DNA of 38,407 nucleotides, from the IMG/VR virus record IMGVR_UViG_3300022936_000019, positions 1 through 38,407 of that record, one strand, 5' to 3'. A program made the position numbers and the translations under genes. Shown here one piece after another: positions 8,339 through 17,611 of this stretch. How positions within the stretch are numbered: the first letter of the stretch is position 1; the number at the start of each line of letters is the position of its first letter. The notes under the pieces were generated by a model. The model saw nothing but the letters and a program-made list of their open reading frames with translations. It was not told the DNA's origin and did no database searches. This DNA comes from a virus. Taxonomy: Duplodnaviria > Caudoviricetes.

Positions 8339-8587
8339 TAAATAAAGATAGAATTTACGAAAGAATTCAGCATTACGAAGATAAAATAAAGCCAAACATA
8401 CTATCGTAAAAACCAAATACTTTACGATTTAGAAGGTAACCAGGTTTTAAAATTCATAGATAAAATGCCGGATATGGAAAACACAACAGGAATTTTCATT
8501 GAAAACATGAATAAATACATCAATCGTTATCCTGAGCGAATAGAAATTATTAAAAACCCAATAAAAGAACAATTAACTTTATTTTAA
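8335..8587 (+). pseudogene. Split ORF (24-aa 5' part plus +1-frame 3' part ending QLTLF)
   Basis: ATG 8335 coupled to the upstream stop, TAA at 8407-09; +1 frame open from 8390 to TAA 8585-87. Confidence 0.45.
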
Positions 8588-8592
8588 AAATT

Positions 8593-9534
8593 ATGAAAAG
8601 AGCAATCGCAATGCGTTGTAACGAACAGCAGTTTAATGAAATTTTAAGTAAATTAAAAATAGGAGCGCATTATATCAATTTAAAAGGTGCGTTTGACGAA
8701 TATCCTTATTTAACCAATTACTATAATTCTGTAGATGGTAATATCGGATTCACAAACAAAATGTTGAAAAATGAAAAAAGTAAAATATTCGAAGAATGGA
8801 ATCAAAAAACATTCCTTGAAGCATGCGGAATCCAAAAACCAATCAGAACAAACAAATTAACCGAACTAGAAAAACGTGTTAAAGTTTTGGAGGGTAAAGT
8901 TGACGTTATGAAAATAAATAATATGCCGAAAAATCATTCGTTAAGCCTAGAAACAGAAAGAAAATTTGCGATTACTGAACGCCAAATAAAAGAATTGTAC
9001 GAACTAACAGGATTTGAATCGAACGTAAATAATAAATTAAGACAGTTTTTCCCTGAAGTGGTTAAAGATAATAAAGTTGAGTTGGAGGTTGGAAAGTGGT
9101 ATAAAAGCGAAAGTTGCGGAGGTAGTTTGTTTTTTGCTACTGAATTTAGTCCTGATAAAAAAAATGCAAAAGGATACGGTTTTGAAAAATGCGAATGGTA
9201 TAATAATTTTAGTAAAGATGCTTTTTATTGGTCATGTCAAAAAAATATTGTTTTAGCCACCCCCGAAGAAGTAACCGAAGCTTTGACTAAGGAAGCGGTT
9301 AAGAGGGGGTTTGTTAGTGGTTGTTATTGGATAGAACCTTCCAATGTATTTATGGCAAGTGATAAAAAAAGACTTGCAGAAGGTAAAATAAAATTATACA
9401 CCCATGATTGTAATGGTTTATGTTTTTCTGAAAGCCATTCATTAATATTTAAGGATGGCGTTTGGGGAACTGTAATAGAAACCATTACAAAAGAAGATGC
9501 AGAGAAAGAACTTGGGAAAAAGATTTTAAATTAA
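8593..9534 (+). CDS. Hypothetical mosaic phage protein
   Basis: 313-aa ORF with AATTATG start. Confidence 0.85.
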   Translation: MKRAIAMRCNEQQFNEILSKLKIGAHYINLKGAFDEYPYLTNYYNSVDGNIGFTNKMLKNEKSKIFEEWNQKTFLEACGIQKPIRTNKLTELEKRVKVLEGKVDVMKINNMPKNHSLSLETERKFAITERQIKELYELTGFESNVNNKLRQFFPEVVKDNKVELEVGKWYKSESCGGSLFFATEFSPDKKNAKGYGFEKCEWYNNFSKDAFYWSCQKNIVLATPEEVTEALTKEAVKRGFVSGCYWIEPSNVFMASDKKRLAEGKIKLYTHDCNGLCFSESHSLIFKDGVWGTVIETITKEDAEKELGKKILN

Positions 9535-9545
9535 AACAATAAATT

Positions 9546-9752
9546 ATGTCAGTGTCAATTATAGAATGTTTGCAAAATGCAAAATACAATTTAGATAACG
9601 TTCAAAAAATGCCAATGCTTATGCCAATGGTAAAAGAACAATTAAACAACGCCATAGTTCTTCTTGAAAAAGGTTATAGTATTTGGGATGAAGTAGAACC
9701 GTTACTAGAAAAATACGGAGATATTGAAGATGTTCCAGAAAAAGAAGATTGA
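9546..9752 (+). CDS. Hypothetical protein
   Basis: ORF with AATTATG start. Confidence 0.75.
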   Translation: MSVSIIECLQNAKYNLDNVQKMPMLMPMVKEQLNNAIVLLEKGYSIWDEVEPLLEKYGDIEDVPEKED

Positions 9753-9762
9753 AATAACAACC

Positions 9763-9799
9763 AACCCACTTCTTAATCGTTGTGGGTTTAATTTTTTTT
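9763..9799 (+). terminator. Terminator at the early/late boundary
   Basis: AACCCAC..GTGGGTT then T-rich run. Confidence 0.5.
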
Positions 9800-9809
9800 G
9801 TTATCTTTG
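9780..9809 (+). promoter_or_regulatory. Promoter for the packaging operon
   Basis: TTG 9780-82, N19, TATCTTTG 9802-09. Confidence 0.7.
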
Positions 9810-9830
9810 AATAATCAACTATTTTTCAAG

Positions 9831-10133
9831 ATGTCGGAAATTACACACGGAGGAGCTAGAAAAGGCGCAGGAAGAAAGCCTGTAGCAGATGAACAAAACA
9901 AAAACGCTTTGATTCAAAAAGCTGTTAATTCATTTTATGATGTTGAAGATGATAGCGAGGGTAAGCAAAAACTGATACACAATCTATTAGAATTTGAAAG
10001 AGGAATGATGTTTATTGCCGAGCATTTACTCGGGAAACCAAAAGAGGTAATAGAAAACATAAACATCGATGCAGGAAAGCTTACAGAAGAAGAAATAAAG
10101 AAAATAAATGATAACCTCGAACGCTCTTACTAA
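9831..10133 (+). CDS. terS: Terminase small subunit (start moved to ATG 9831)
   Basis: HGGARKGAGRKP N-terminus, GKPKE; directly upstream of and overlapping terL. Confidence 0.75.
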   Translation: MSEITHGGARKGAGRKPVADEQNKNALIQKAVNSFYDVEDDSEGKQKLIHNLLEFERGMMFIAEHLLGKPKEVIENINIDAGKLTEEEIKKINDNLERSY

Positions 10134-11508
10134 CGAACAGAAAGTAATTAAGGTTAAGTGTGAGAATGATTTATTGTTTTTCACAAGATATATTTATAAA
10201 GAAAATCACAGGCGCAATTTCATAGTTGCGCCTCATTTCGTTTTAATATCTGAGTTCTTGACCAAAGTGTTTAATGGCGAAATAAAACGAGGAATAATCA
10301 ATATACCTCCTCGTTATGGCAAGACCGAATTAGCTGTTAAATGTTTTATTAGTTGGTGTTTAGCTAAAAATCCTGCATCAAAATTCATTCACTTGTCGTA
10401 CTCAGATGATTTAGCACTGGATAACAGTTCCCAAACAAAAGAATATATTGAATCAGAAGCATTTCAGGAACTTTGGCAAATGAAGCTTAAGAAAGATGCT
10501 CAAGGTAAAAAGAAATGGTTTAACGAACTTGGAGGAGGTGTTTATGCCACTGCATCTGGCGGAGCAATTACGGGATTTGGTGCCGGAGTAGCCGAAAGTA
10601 AAATGTTTGCCGGCGCAATTATTATTGATGATCCATTAAAGCCAGACGATGCCAATTCCGATGCAAAAAGAGGATCGGTTAATGAAAGATACAACTCTAC
10701 AATAAGAAGCCGTGTAAATGACCGAGAAACGCCTATTATTGTAATTATGCAAAGGTTGCATGAAGAAGATTTATCTGGATTCTTGCTTAATGATGGATCA
10801 GGCGAAAAATGGGATCATTTATGTTTGCCGGCATTAGACGAAGAAAATAATCCTTTGTGGAAAGATAAACATTCATTTGAGGAGTTAGAGCAAATTAGGC
10901 AAGCAAACCGTTATAACTTCGCAGGACAATACATGCAGACTCCTTCACCTGCTGAGGGTGGAGAATGGCGAAAAGATTGGTTCCGTATCATGGATAAATC
11001 AGAAATACCTTTAGAATCACTAAAATGGGAATTGATTATTGACGGTGCATATACCAAAAACACTAAAAATGACCCTAGCGGTTTTCAGATTGGAGCAAAA
11101 TGGAATAATGACTACGTTATACTTTCATCAATTGATAAGTACTTAGAAATGCCTGAGCTTTTAAAGTTCTTGCCTAATCATATTGCATCATCTGGAGTAA
11201 AAGTAGGTTTGTCGTTGGTTGAGCCTAAAGCTTCTGGTAAATCATTAGTACAGATAGTTAGAAAAGATACAAATATAAATATTACAGAAATAAAAACTAC
11301 ATTTGTAAATAGTTCTAAGATTGAGAATGCTCGTGCTTGCTCTCACTTTATTGAAGGAGGTCGTGTAATACTCGTAAAAGGGTCATGGAACGAACATTTT
11401 TTACATCAGGTTGCTATATTCCCAAATGGGAAACACGACGAACACATTGATTTAACATGCTATGGAATCGAACGAAATTTAATTGGTAATTCGTTTTTCA
11501 TAGTATAA
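10108..11508 (+). CDS. terL: Terminase large subunit
   Basis: INIPPRYGKT, IIIDDP, IMQRLHEEDL, C-terminal FPNGKHDEHID nuclease motif. Confidence 0.96.
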   Translation: MITSNALTNEQKVIKVKCENDLLFFTRYIYKENHRRNFIVAPHFVLISEFLTKVFNGEIKRGIINIPPRYGKTELAVKCFISWCLAKNPASKFIHLSYSDDLALDNSSQTKEYIESEAFQELWQMKLKKDAQGKKKWFNELGGGVYATASGGAITGFGAGVAESKMFAGAIIIDDPLKPDDANSDAKRGSVNERYNSTIRSRVNDRETPIIVIMQRLHEEDLSGFLLNDGSGEKWDHLCLPALDEENNPLWKDKHSFEELEQIRQANRYNFAGQYMQTPSPAEGGEWRKDWFRIMDKSEIPLESLKWELIIDGAYTKNTKNDPSGFQIGAKWNNDYVILSSIDKYLEMPELLKFLPNHIASSGVKVGLSLVEPKASGKSLVQIVRKDTNINITEIKTTFVNSSKIENARACSHFIEGGRVILVKGSWNEHFLHQVAIFPNGKHDEHIDLTCYGIERNLIGNSFFIV

Positions 11509-11520
11509 CAAATAATTTAT

Positions 11521-11528
11521 TATCTTTG
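11521..11528 (+). promoter_or_regulatory. -7 promoter element 5 nt before the portal ATG
   Basis: TATCTTTG-AACCT-ATG. Confidence 0.65.
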
Positions 11529-11533
11529 AACCT

Positions 11534-12922
11534 ATGGCAAAGAACGTTTTACAATTAGGGTGGGATTACCTTACAGGAAATAAACAGACAAGGAATGCAT
11601 ATAATCAAGCTTTCTATGAGTGGATAGGTATCGGTTATGTTAAGTATGATGCTAAAAATAAAACCTACTTAGAAAAAGGATATAATGAAAATCCTGATGT
11701 TTTTTCGTGTATAAATAAAGCTACTGTTAAAACCGTTTCTGTACCATATACAATCAAAGAAGTAAACGATAAAGAGGAATATTCAAAGTTAAAACAATTG
11801 GATTTAGCTACTAAAGGTAACTTTAATATACTTCAAGTTGTAAAGCGTGTTAAGCTGTCTGTAAAAGCATACAAAAGCAAAGAAAAGCCTTTCCCATTAG
11901 CACAGCCTAACCCTAATCAAACATGGTCAGATATTTGGGGCTTGTTTAAAACCTACATGAAGATAACAGGAAACTATTATCAATACAGCTTAAAACCTGA
12001 GGACGGAATCAATAAAGGAGTGCCTAAATTAGTTTACGCACTACCTTCTCATATGATGCAGATAGTACTTAAGAAAGATGCTAATTTATTGTTTGATGAA
12101 AATCCAATTGATTATTATATGCTTATTGACGGAAACGGATATATTCAATTTCCTGCTGATGACATTATTCATGTAAAATATGTTAATCCAAACTACGACA
12201 GATCAGGATCGCATTTGTATGGTCAATCGCCTTTAAGATCAGCATTACGTAATATTCAATCTCAAAACTCAGCATTAGACACTAATGTTAAAATGCTTAA
12301 GTCTGCAGGGGCTTACGGATTCTTATATGGAAAAGGTACGGCATTGACACCAGATCAAGCACAATCATTAAAAGAGCGTTTGGTTGAAATGGATAAAGAC
12401 CCCTCAAGATTGGGCAAAATTGGGGCAAGTAGTGCAGAGATCGGATTTCAAAGAATATCATTGACAACAGATGAATTAAAACCATTTGATTACTTAGAAT
12501 GGGATAGACGAACTATTTGTAATGTGCTTAATTTTCCTAAAGAATTATTAGGAGAAAAAGACGGAAGTTCATTAAGCAGCACAGATTCAGCAGATGCACG
12601 AAAAGCATTGATTACTGACGATATACAGCCCGATTTAGTGTTGCTTCAGGATGCATTAAATAAGAAGTTTATTCCAATGTTCCCAGGTTATGAAAACAGC
12701 GTTATTGAATGGGATGTAACGGAACTTCCAGAAATGCAGGAGGATATGCTTAATCAGGCAAAAGCATTGAAAGAGATTTACACGACTCCAAATGAGGTTA
12801 GAACAGTGTTTAAATACGAAACATTAAATGAGGACGGAATGGACGTTGTTTGGGTGCCTTCTGGAATGAAGCGTATTGATGATGTTGGAGAAGGAGTTTT
12901 TAATGAAGCTAATCAGATATAG
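11534..12922 (+). CDS. Portal protein (HK97-like)
   Basis: PNPNQT, TGNYY, DIIHVK, LYGQSPL, TPNEVR; position after terL. Confidence 0.93.
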   Translation: MAKNVLQLGWDYLTGNKQTRNAYNQAFYEWIGIGYVKYDAKNKTYLEKGYNENPDVFSCINKATVKTVSVPYTIKEVNDKEEYSKLKQLDLATKGNFNILQVVKRVKLSVKAYKSKEKPFPLAQPNPNQTWSDIWGLFKTYMKITGNYYQYSLKPEDGINKGVPKLVYALPSHMMQIVLKKDANLLFDENPIDYYMLIDGNGYIQFPADDIIHVKYVNPNYDRSGSHLYGQSPLRSALRNIQSQNSALDTNVKMLKSAGAYGFLYGKGTALTPDQAQSLKERLVEMDKDPSRLGKIGASSAEIGFQRISLTTDELKPFDYLEWDRRTICNVLNFPKELLGEKDGSSLSSTDSADARKALITDDIQPDLVLLQDALNKKFIPMFPGYENSVIEWDVTELPEMQEDMLNQAKALKEIYTTPNEVRTVFKYETLNEDGMDVVWVPSGMKRIDDVGEGVFNEANQI

Positions 12923-12924
12923 TT

Positions 12925-13107
12925 ATGGAAATATTTAAAGGTGAATATAAAAATGTGAAGTTTAGATATTCAAGTCATAGCGAAGATGAGGGGAGCGGAA
13001 TTTTAATTGTAAACTTACCTAATGGAATAGAATCTACTCATATTATAAAAAATTGGGGAATAATTAGAATTATGCAATACATCGAGTCAATGACTAATTT
13101 AGTATAA
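12925..13107 (+). CDS. Small hypothetical protein
   Basis: Translationally coupled between portal and minor head gene. Confidence 0.65.
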   Translation: MEIFKGEYKNVKFRYSSHSEDEGSGILIVNLPNGIESTHIIKNWGIIRIMQYIESMTNLV

Positions 13108-13880
13108 TGAACTGGCAAAAACAACATCATATCTATGAGCGTAAAGCCTATACAATTGTTCAGAAACACATCAAAAAGATTCTGAGCAGTATTCCTGTTG
13201 ATAACATGGAATTGTATAATTATGAGATACTGATAACTATAAACATTCATCAAAAAGATGTTTACGATATGTTCGTTGATATTTACAAAACCATTGGATT
13301 AAACTATGGTAATAAAGTAAATAATTCTTTAGAAAAGGTAAAAAAGGCAAATGTTTTGTTCAATGAAACGTTATTAAAGGAAATTTTACTATTTTTGTCT
13401 ACGGAAGGCGGTGTAAAAATTACTTCTGTTCGTGATACATTGATAAAAGATGTTATTGACATCATAAAAAAAACACTTGGAGAGAATGGAACTGTTATTG
13501 ATTTGCGTAATGCTATTTACAACATCATTTCAAAGTCACAAACATTTTATAAATATCAAGCGTTAAGAATTGCTAGAACAGAAACTACAAGCGCATCGAA
13601 TTTAAGCGCAATTAAAACGGCTCAGGCAAGCGATTTAGTTCTTGATAAAGTTTGGCTAAGTGTTCAGGATAACAGAACAAGAATAACGCCTTACGATCAT
13701 TTAGATATGAATAACCAAAAACAGGAGTTAGACAAGCCTTTTTTTGTTGGTGGTGAAAATATAGATTATCCAGGCGCAACAATGGCGAGCGCAGGAAACG
13801 TTATAAATTGCCGTTGTGGACTTACATTTGTTCCGAGGCGTGATGCTGATGGAATGTTAATATTAAAAAACACTAGATAA
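13107..13880 (+). CDS. Minor head protein (Mu gpF / SPP1 gp7 family)
   Basis: RIARTET, K.W....D.RTR..H, INCRC. Confidence 0.9.
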   Translation: MNWQKQHHIYERKAYTIVQKHIKKILSSIPVDNMELYNYEILITINIHQKDVYDMFVDIYKTIGLNYGNKVNNSLEKVKKANVLFNETLLKEILLFLSTEGGVKITSVRDTLIKDVIDIIKKTLGENGTVIDLRNAIYNIISKSQTFYKYQALRIARTETTSASNLSAIKTAQASDLVLDKVWLSVQDNRTRITPYDHLDMNNQKQELDKPFFVGGENIDYPGATMASAGNVINCRCGLTFVPRRDADGMLILKNTR

Positions 13881-14578
13881 TGGATGGATTACTAGAATAC
13901 AAAAGCATTTCTGGAACCGTAAATGATATTGATTTTAAAAATCGTATTGTTACAGGTTATCTTGCTAATTTCGGAACAAAAGATCATGATGATGATGTTA
14001 TTGAAAAAGGGGCGTTTTCTAAGTCTATAAAAGAGAGAAAAGATAGTATATATTTTTTAAATCAGCATGATTGGTCTAAGCCTCATGGTAAATTTAAAGA
14101 GCTAAAAGAAGACAATACAGGTCTTTATTTTGAAAGCCTGCCTTTGCCTAATACTTCTTATTCTAATGATCTTTTGGAATTATATGCATTAGGAATTGTA
14201 AACGAGCATTCAATAGGATACCAAGTTACAAAAGCACTACAAGGAGATAACTGGAAAAGAACAATAAAAGAGGCTAAACTTTTCGAAGGCAGTAACGTGA
14301 CTTTAGGTGCAAATTCTAAAACTCCTTTTTTAGGTTTTAAAAATAGAACTATAGGCGAAATAAACGATCAGGTTTCATTAATATTAAAGGCTGTTAAGAA
14401 CGGATCTTTTACAGATGAAACATTTATGCAGTTAGAAATTGCATTAAAACAGCTTCAATTAGAAAGCTATGAATTAGGTAAAAAAACACTCGACGAGCCG
14501 GATAATTCCACTCAAACTGAAGAGCCGTTAATTATAGAGCAAATTAAACAATTTAGACAATCATTAATAATTCAGTAA
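13880..14578 (+). CDS. HK97-family prohead protease
   Basis: GYLANFG.KD...DVIEKGAF, FLNQHD, SIGY, LFEGS.VT.GAN. Confidence 0.93.
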   Translation: MDGLLEYKSISGTVNDIDFKNRIVTGYLANFGTKDHDDDVIEKGAFSKSIKERKDSIYFLNQHDWSKPHGKFKELKEDNTGLYFESLPLPNTSYSNDLLELYALGIVNEHSIGYQVTKALQGDNWKRTIKEAKLFEGSNVTLGANSKTPFLGFKNRTIGEINDQVSLILKAVKNGSFTDETFMQLEIALKQLQLESYELGKKTLDEPDNSTQTEEPLIIEQIKQFRQSLIIQ

Positions 14579-14579
14579 A

Positions 14580-15812
14580 ATGGAATTAAAAGAACAATTA
14601 GAGGCGTTAAAAAACGACCTTTCAACAGGATTTGAAACAAAATCTAAATTAGATATTCAAACAGCTATTGAAGCTTTTGAAACAAAAGTAAAGGCAGAAA
14701 ACGAAAGCGTTAAAAAACAATTCGAAAAAGATGTTGAGGATTTGAAAGCGGATTTTCAAACAAAATCTAAGTTACAACAAGATCATCTTGATGCATTGGA
14801 TATTCGTTTGAAACAAGCACAAGGTAATGCACCGGCTCAAACAAAAACATTCAATGAAATCCTTGCCGAAACAATCAAAGAAAATGCAGAAGCAATTCAA
14901 GGTTTCAGAAAAGGTGATGATTTGAGAATTGAGCTTAAAGCAGTTGGAGATATGTCTATTGCTGCTAACTTTCCGGGAGCTACTCCATGGAACCAAGACG
15001 TTAGAGGCGATTTAATTCCAAAGCCATACGATAGAGTTTGGTTGTCTGACTTATTGCCTCAGGGGTCAACTACTAAAGGTAGTGTTGTATACCCAAAACA
15101 AAACGGTGGTGAAGGTGGTGCTGCAACATGGGTAACTGGATCAGGAAACAAATCACAAATGGATTTCGATTTAACTAGCCAATCAGCATTCGTAAAATGG
15201 ATTGCAGGTTTCGTTATTGTTGATAGAGAAATGTTGGATGATTTGGATTTCATGACTTCTTACATTCAATCTCAAATGTTAATCAGCTTGAAAGTTGCCG
15301 AAAACAACTTTATCCTTAACGGTACTTCAGATACAAATCCAGTTGATGGATTGCTTGACGTAGCTACTGTTTATGACGGAACATTTACCGCTCCTGTTGA
15401 TAAAATTGTTGATGCTGCTTATGGTCAGATTCCAGAAGATACATTCGAGTTCTACCAAGGTAATACAGCAATTTTAAATGTTCGTGACGGTGTTAAAATC
15501 GGATTGAATAAAGCTGAAGGATCAGGAGAATACGATTTACCTCCAGGTACTGTATACTTCCAAAATGGACGTTTACAGGTTGCAGGATTAAACATTGCAA
15601 CTACAACTCAATTAGGAGCAAACAACTTCTTAACATTTGATAAAACAGCTACTTTGTTAATTAACAGACTGGCTCCGGAATTAAGAATGTTTGAAGATTC
15701 TACTTTGGCAAAACAAAACAAAGTAATGTTTAGAATTGAAGAAAGAATTACTTTAGCTATTTTCAACAATGCAGCTATTGTAAAAGGATCATTGGCAACA
15801 CCATCTGTGTAA
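14580..15812 (+). CDS. Major capsid protein (HK97 fold, with delta domain)
   Basis: Coiled-coil N-terminus, ILNGT, FRIEERI..A; follows the protease. Confidence 0.95.
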   Translation: MELKEQLEALKNDLSTGFETKSKLDIQTAIEAFETKVKAENESVKKQFEKDVEDLKADFQTKSKLQQDHLDALDIRLKQAQGNAPAQTKTFNEILAETIKENAEAIQGFRKGDDLRIELKAVGDMSIAANFPGATPWNQDVRGDLIPKPYDRVWLSDLLPQGSTTKGSVVYPKQNGGEGGAATWVTGSGNKSQMDFDLTSQSAFVKWIAGFVIVDREMLDDLDFMTSYIQSQMLISLKVAENNFILNGTSDTNPVDGLLDVATVYDGTFTAPVDKIVDAAYGQIPEDTFEFYQGNTAILNVRDGVKIGLNKAEGSGEYDLPPGTVYFQNGRLQVAGLNIATTTQLGANNFLTFDKTATLLINRLAPELRMFEDSTLAKQNKVMFRIEERITLAIFNNAAIVKGSLATPSV

Positions 15813-15833
15813 TCGTTTCATTAATAATAAACT

Positions 15834-15861
15834 AAGCCTATTGGAAACGATAGGCTTTTTT
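15834..15861 (+). terminator. Rho-independent terminator after the capsid gene
   Basis: AAGCCTATTG-GAAA-CGATAGGCTT-TTTT. Confidence 0.85.
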
Positions 15862-15875
15862 AATACCTTTATTTT

Positions 15876-16961
15876 ATGAAAGTAATAATGTATTTAAGCA
15901 ACTGGAATTTGTTGGGAGGAGTTGAGACCTTCACGAAAAACTTCTGCAAAAGAATGTCAAAGCACTATGATGTAACTTTGTTGTACGATAATGTAGCGAA
16001 TCAATCATTGGTAACTGAAATGCAGGAATATTGTACCGTTTCAAAATTAGCATTTAATAAAACTTATTCATGTGATATATTTATAAGTTATTCTGCTTGG
16101 GGCAAATCTGCATTTGATAGAATAGAGGCTAAAGTATACGTGCAGATGGTGCATGCTGACTATAGGCACATAATAGACGGTTGGGCATTTAATTATAAAA
16201 AGCATCCATTAACTACGCATCATGTGTGCGTTGGAGAAACGGTTAAAATTGGATTCGAACACGTAACAAAATTGAAAAGTGATGCTGTTATTCATAATCT
16301 TTTAGATAACTCAATTAATCACGAAAAGAAGAAGAAAAACAAAACACTCTCATTAATTACATGTTCTCGTTTATCGGGTGAAAAAGGATTTAAACGAATG
16401 CTGAATTTAGCGCAACAATTAGATTCTAAGCAAATAAAATACACTTGGAATGTTTACGGAGATAATACAACTCAATACGCTAAAAACATAGTAAAAGAGT
16501 TTGCTAGATGTAGTAATGTTCATTTCAAAGGAATAACAACCGAACCGTACAAAGTAATAAACCAAGCTGATTATTTAGTTCAGTTATCAGATACCGAAGG
16601 ATTCGCATATTCAGTTTATGAAGCTATGCAAGTAAAAACACCTTGCATAATTACGCCTTTTGCATCCGGTAAAGAACAAATAACTAATGGTGTTAATGGT
16701 TATATTGTGTCTTTTGAAATGAATGATATTCCGTTTGATTCAATACTTAAGCGTGATTTAAAAGTGCCTGAATTTGAGGAATTAGGCAAAGAAGAACACT
16801 GGATTTCATTCTTTGATTTGGCTTTAAAATGGTTTGAAGAAAATACGGTTAAGGTTAGAATTACGGCTGTTGTTCAGAAGTATAAAATAGGAGAGGAAAT
16901 TTATTTGCCTAAAGAAAGAGCTTTATCTGCAATTGATAGAGGATTAGCTGAGCCTATTTAA
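15876..16961 (+). CDS. GT-B glycosyltransferase (GT4-like) with extra C-terminal ~39-aa domain
   Basis: GGVET, SRLSGEKG, S..EGFAYSVYEAM (E-x7-E), EQITNGVNGYIV. Confidence 0.9.
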   Translation: MKVIMYLSNWNLLGGVETFTKNFCKRMSKHYDVTLLYDNVANQSLVTEMQEYCTVSKLAFNKTYSCDIFISYSAWGKSAFDRIEAKVYVQMVHADYRHIIDGWAFNYKKHPLTTHHVCVGETVKIGFEHVTKLKSDAVIHNLLDNSINHEKKKKNKTLSLITCSRLSGEKGFKRMLNLAQQLDSKQIKYTWNVYGDNTTQYAKNIVKEFARCSNVHFKGITTEPYKVINQADYLVQLSDTEGFAYSVYEAMQVKTPCIITPFASGKEQITNGVNGYIVSFEMNDIPFDSILKRDLKVPEFEELGKEEHWISFFDLALKWFEENTVKVRITAVVQKYKIGEEIYLPKERALSAIDRGLAEPI

Positions 16962-16969
16962 TTTTTTAC

Positions 16970-16977
16970 TATCTTTG
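16970..16977 (+). promoter_or_regulatory. -7 promoter element
   Basis: TATCTTTG 5 nt before the closing stem of the predicted RNA. Confidence 0.7.
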
Positions 16978-16982
16978 AAAAT

Positions 16983-17121
16983 ATAAAACGCATAGCCTAA
17001 GTGCCGAGGTATAATTTAATAGGCAGAACGACAATTGAAAGATATTGTAAGGAGTGAGATTAATGCCTTCATCGGGGGAGTACGTAACCGTTAAGTTTAA
17101 AGTTAAATTCGTGCGTTTTAT
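16983..17121 (+). ncRNA. Putative structured ncRNA or leader (~140 nt), family unknown
   Basis: 11-bp closing stem ATAAAACGCAT/GTGCGTTTTAT; inner stems GCCTA/TAGGC, ACAAT/ATTGT, AAGG/CCTT, AACG/CGTT; no ORF. Confidence 0.7.
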
Positions 17122-17140
17122 TTAATTAAACAACAACACT

Positions 17141-17314
17141 ATGGAAATCACATTATTAAAACCATATCTAAATCATACAGCAGGAAAAACTATCGAAGTA
17201 ACAGCTATAAGAGGCGGTTATTTGATTAAAACTAAACAGGCTGAACAATCAGGAGAAAAGAAACAGACTTATGTAAATAATCCTAAAAATAAAAAGCGGA
17301 ACCCGAAAAGCTAA
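17141..17314 (+). CDS. Small L9-N-terminal-domain-like protein with basic tail (57 aa; not in ORF track)
   Basis: MEITLLKPYLNHTAGKTIEVTAIRGGYLIKTKQA resembles the bL9-N pattern (M.V.LLK......G..VEV..G...YLI....A). Confidence 0.75.
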   Translation: MEITLLKPYLNHTAGKTIEVTAIRGGYLIKTKQAEQSGEKKQTYVNNPKNKKRNPKS

Positions 17315-17343
17315 CGAGTAGGGATTAAATAATTTAACCGATT

Positions 17344-17589
17344 ATGTCAGAAGTAAAAGAATTAACGTTTGGACAAAAAGCAGTAGGAATTTCATTTAAT
17401 CCAGGAGGCAATCCTTCGGTAAAAGAAATTAAACAAAAATACGCTGATGCTATAGACTTTTTAAATGATTTCAGAAATGATGTTAATCCAAGTTTATCAA
17501 GTGAGGCAAAAAGACAAGCTTCAATAGCTATTACAGAATTACAGACATCGCAAATGTGGGCGGTAAAAGCTTTGACTTGGGTTGATTAG
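17344..17589 (+). CDS. Acb2/Tad1-like helical-hairpin protein (candidate signalling-nucleotide sponge)
   Basis: C-terminal RQASIAITELQTSQMWAVKALT resembles the R..s.A.T.l....MW motif of Acb2/Tad1. Confidence 0.65.
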   Translation: MSEVKELTFGQKAVGISFNPGGNPSVKEIKQKYADAIDFLNDFRNDVNPSLSSEAKRQASIAITELQTSQMWAVKALTWVD

Positions 17590-17611
17590 TTAATTTAAAA
17601 GAAAGGAGATT

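Noticed and set aside
17075-17085. GGGGAGTACGT resembles a conserved 16S rRNA segment
   Set aside because: Only ~11 nt and the flanks do not continue the rRNA sequence; not an rRNA fragment
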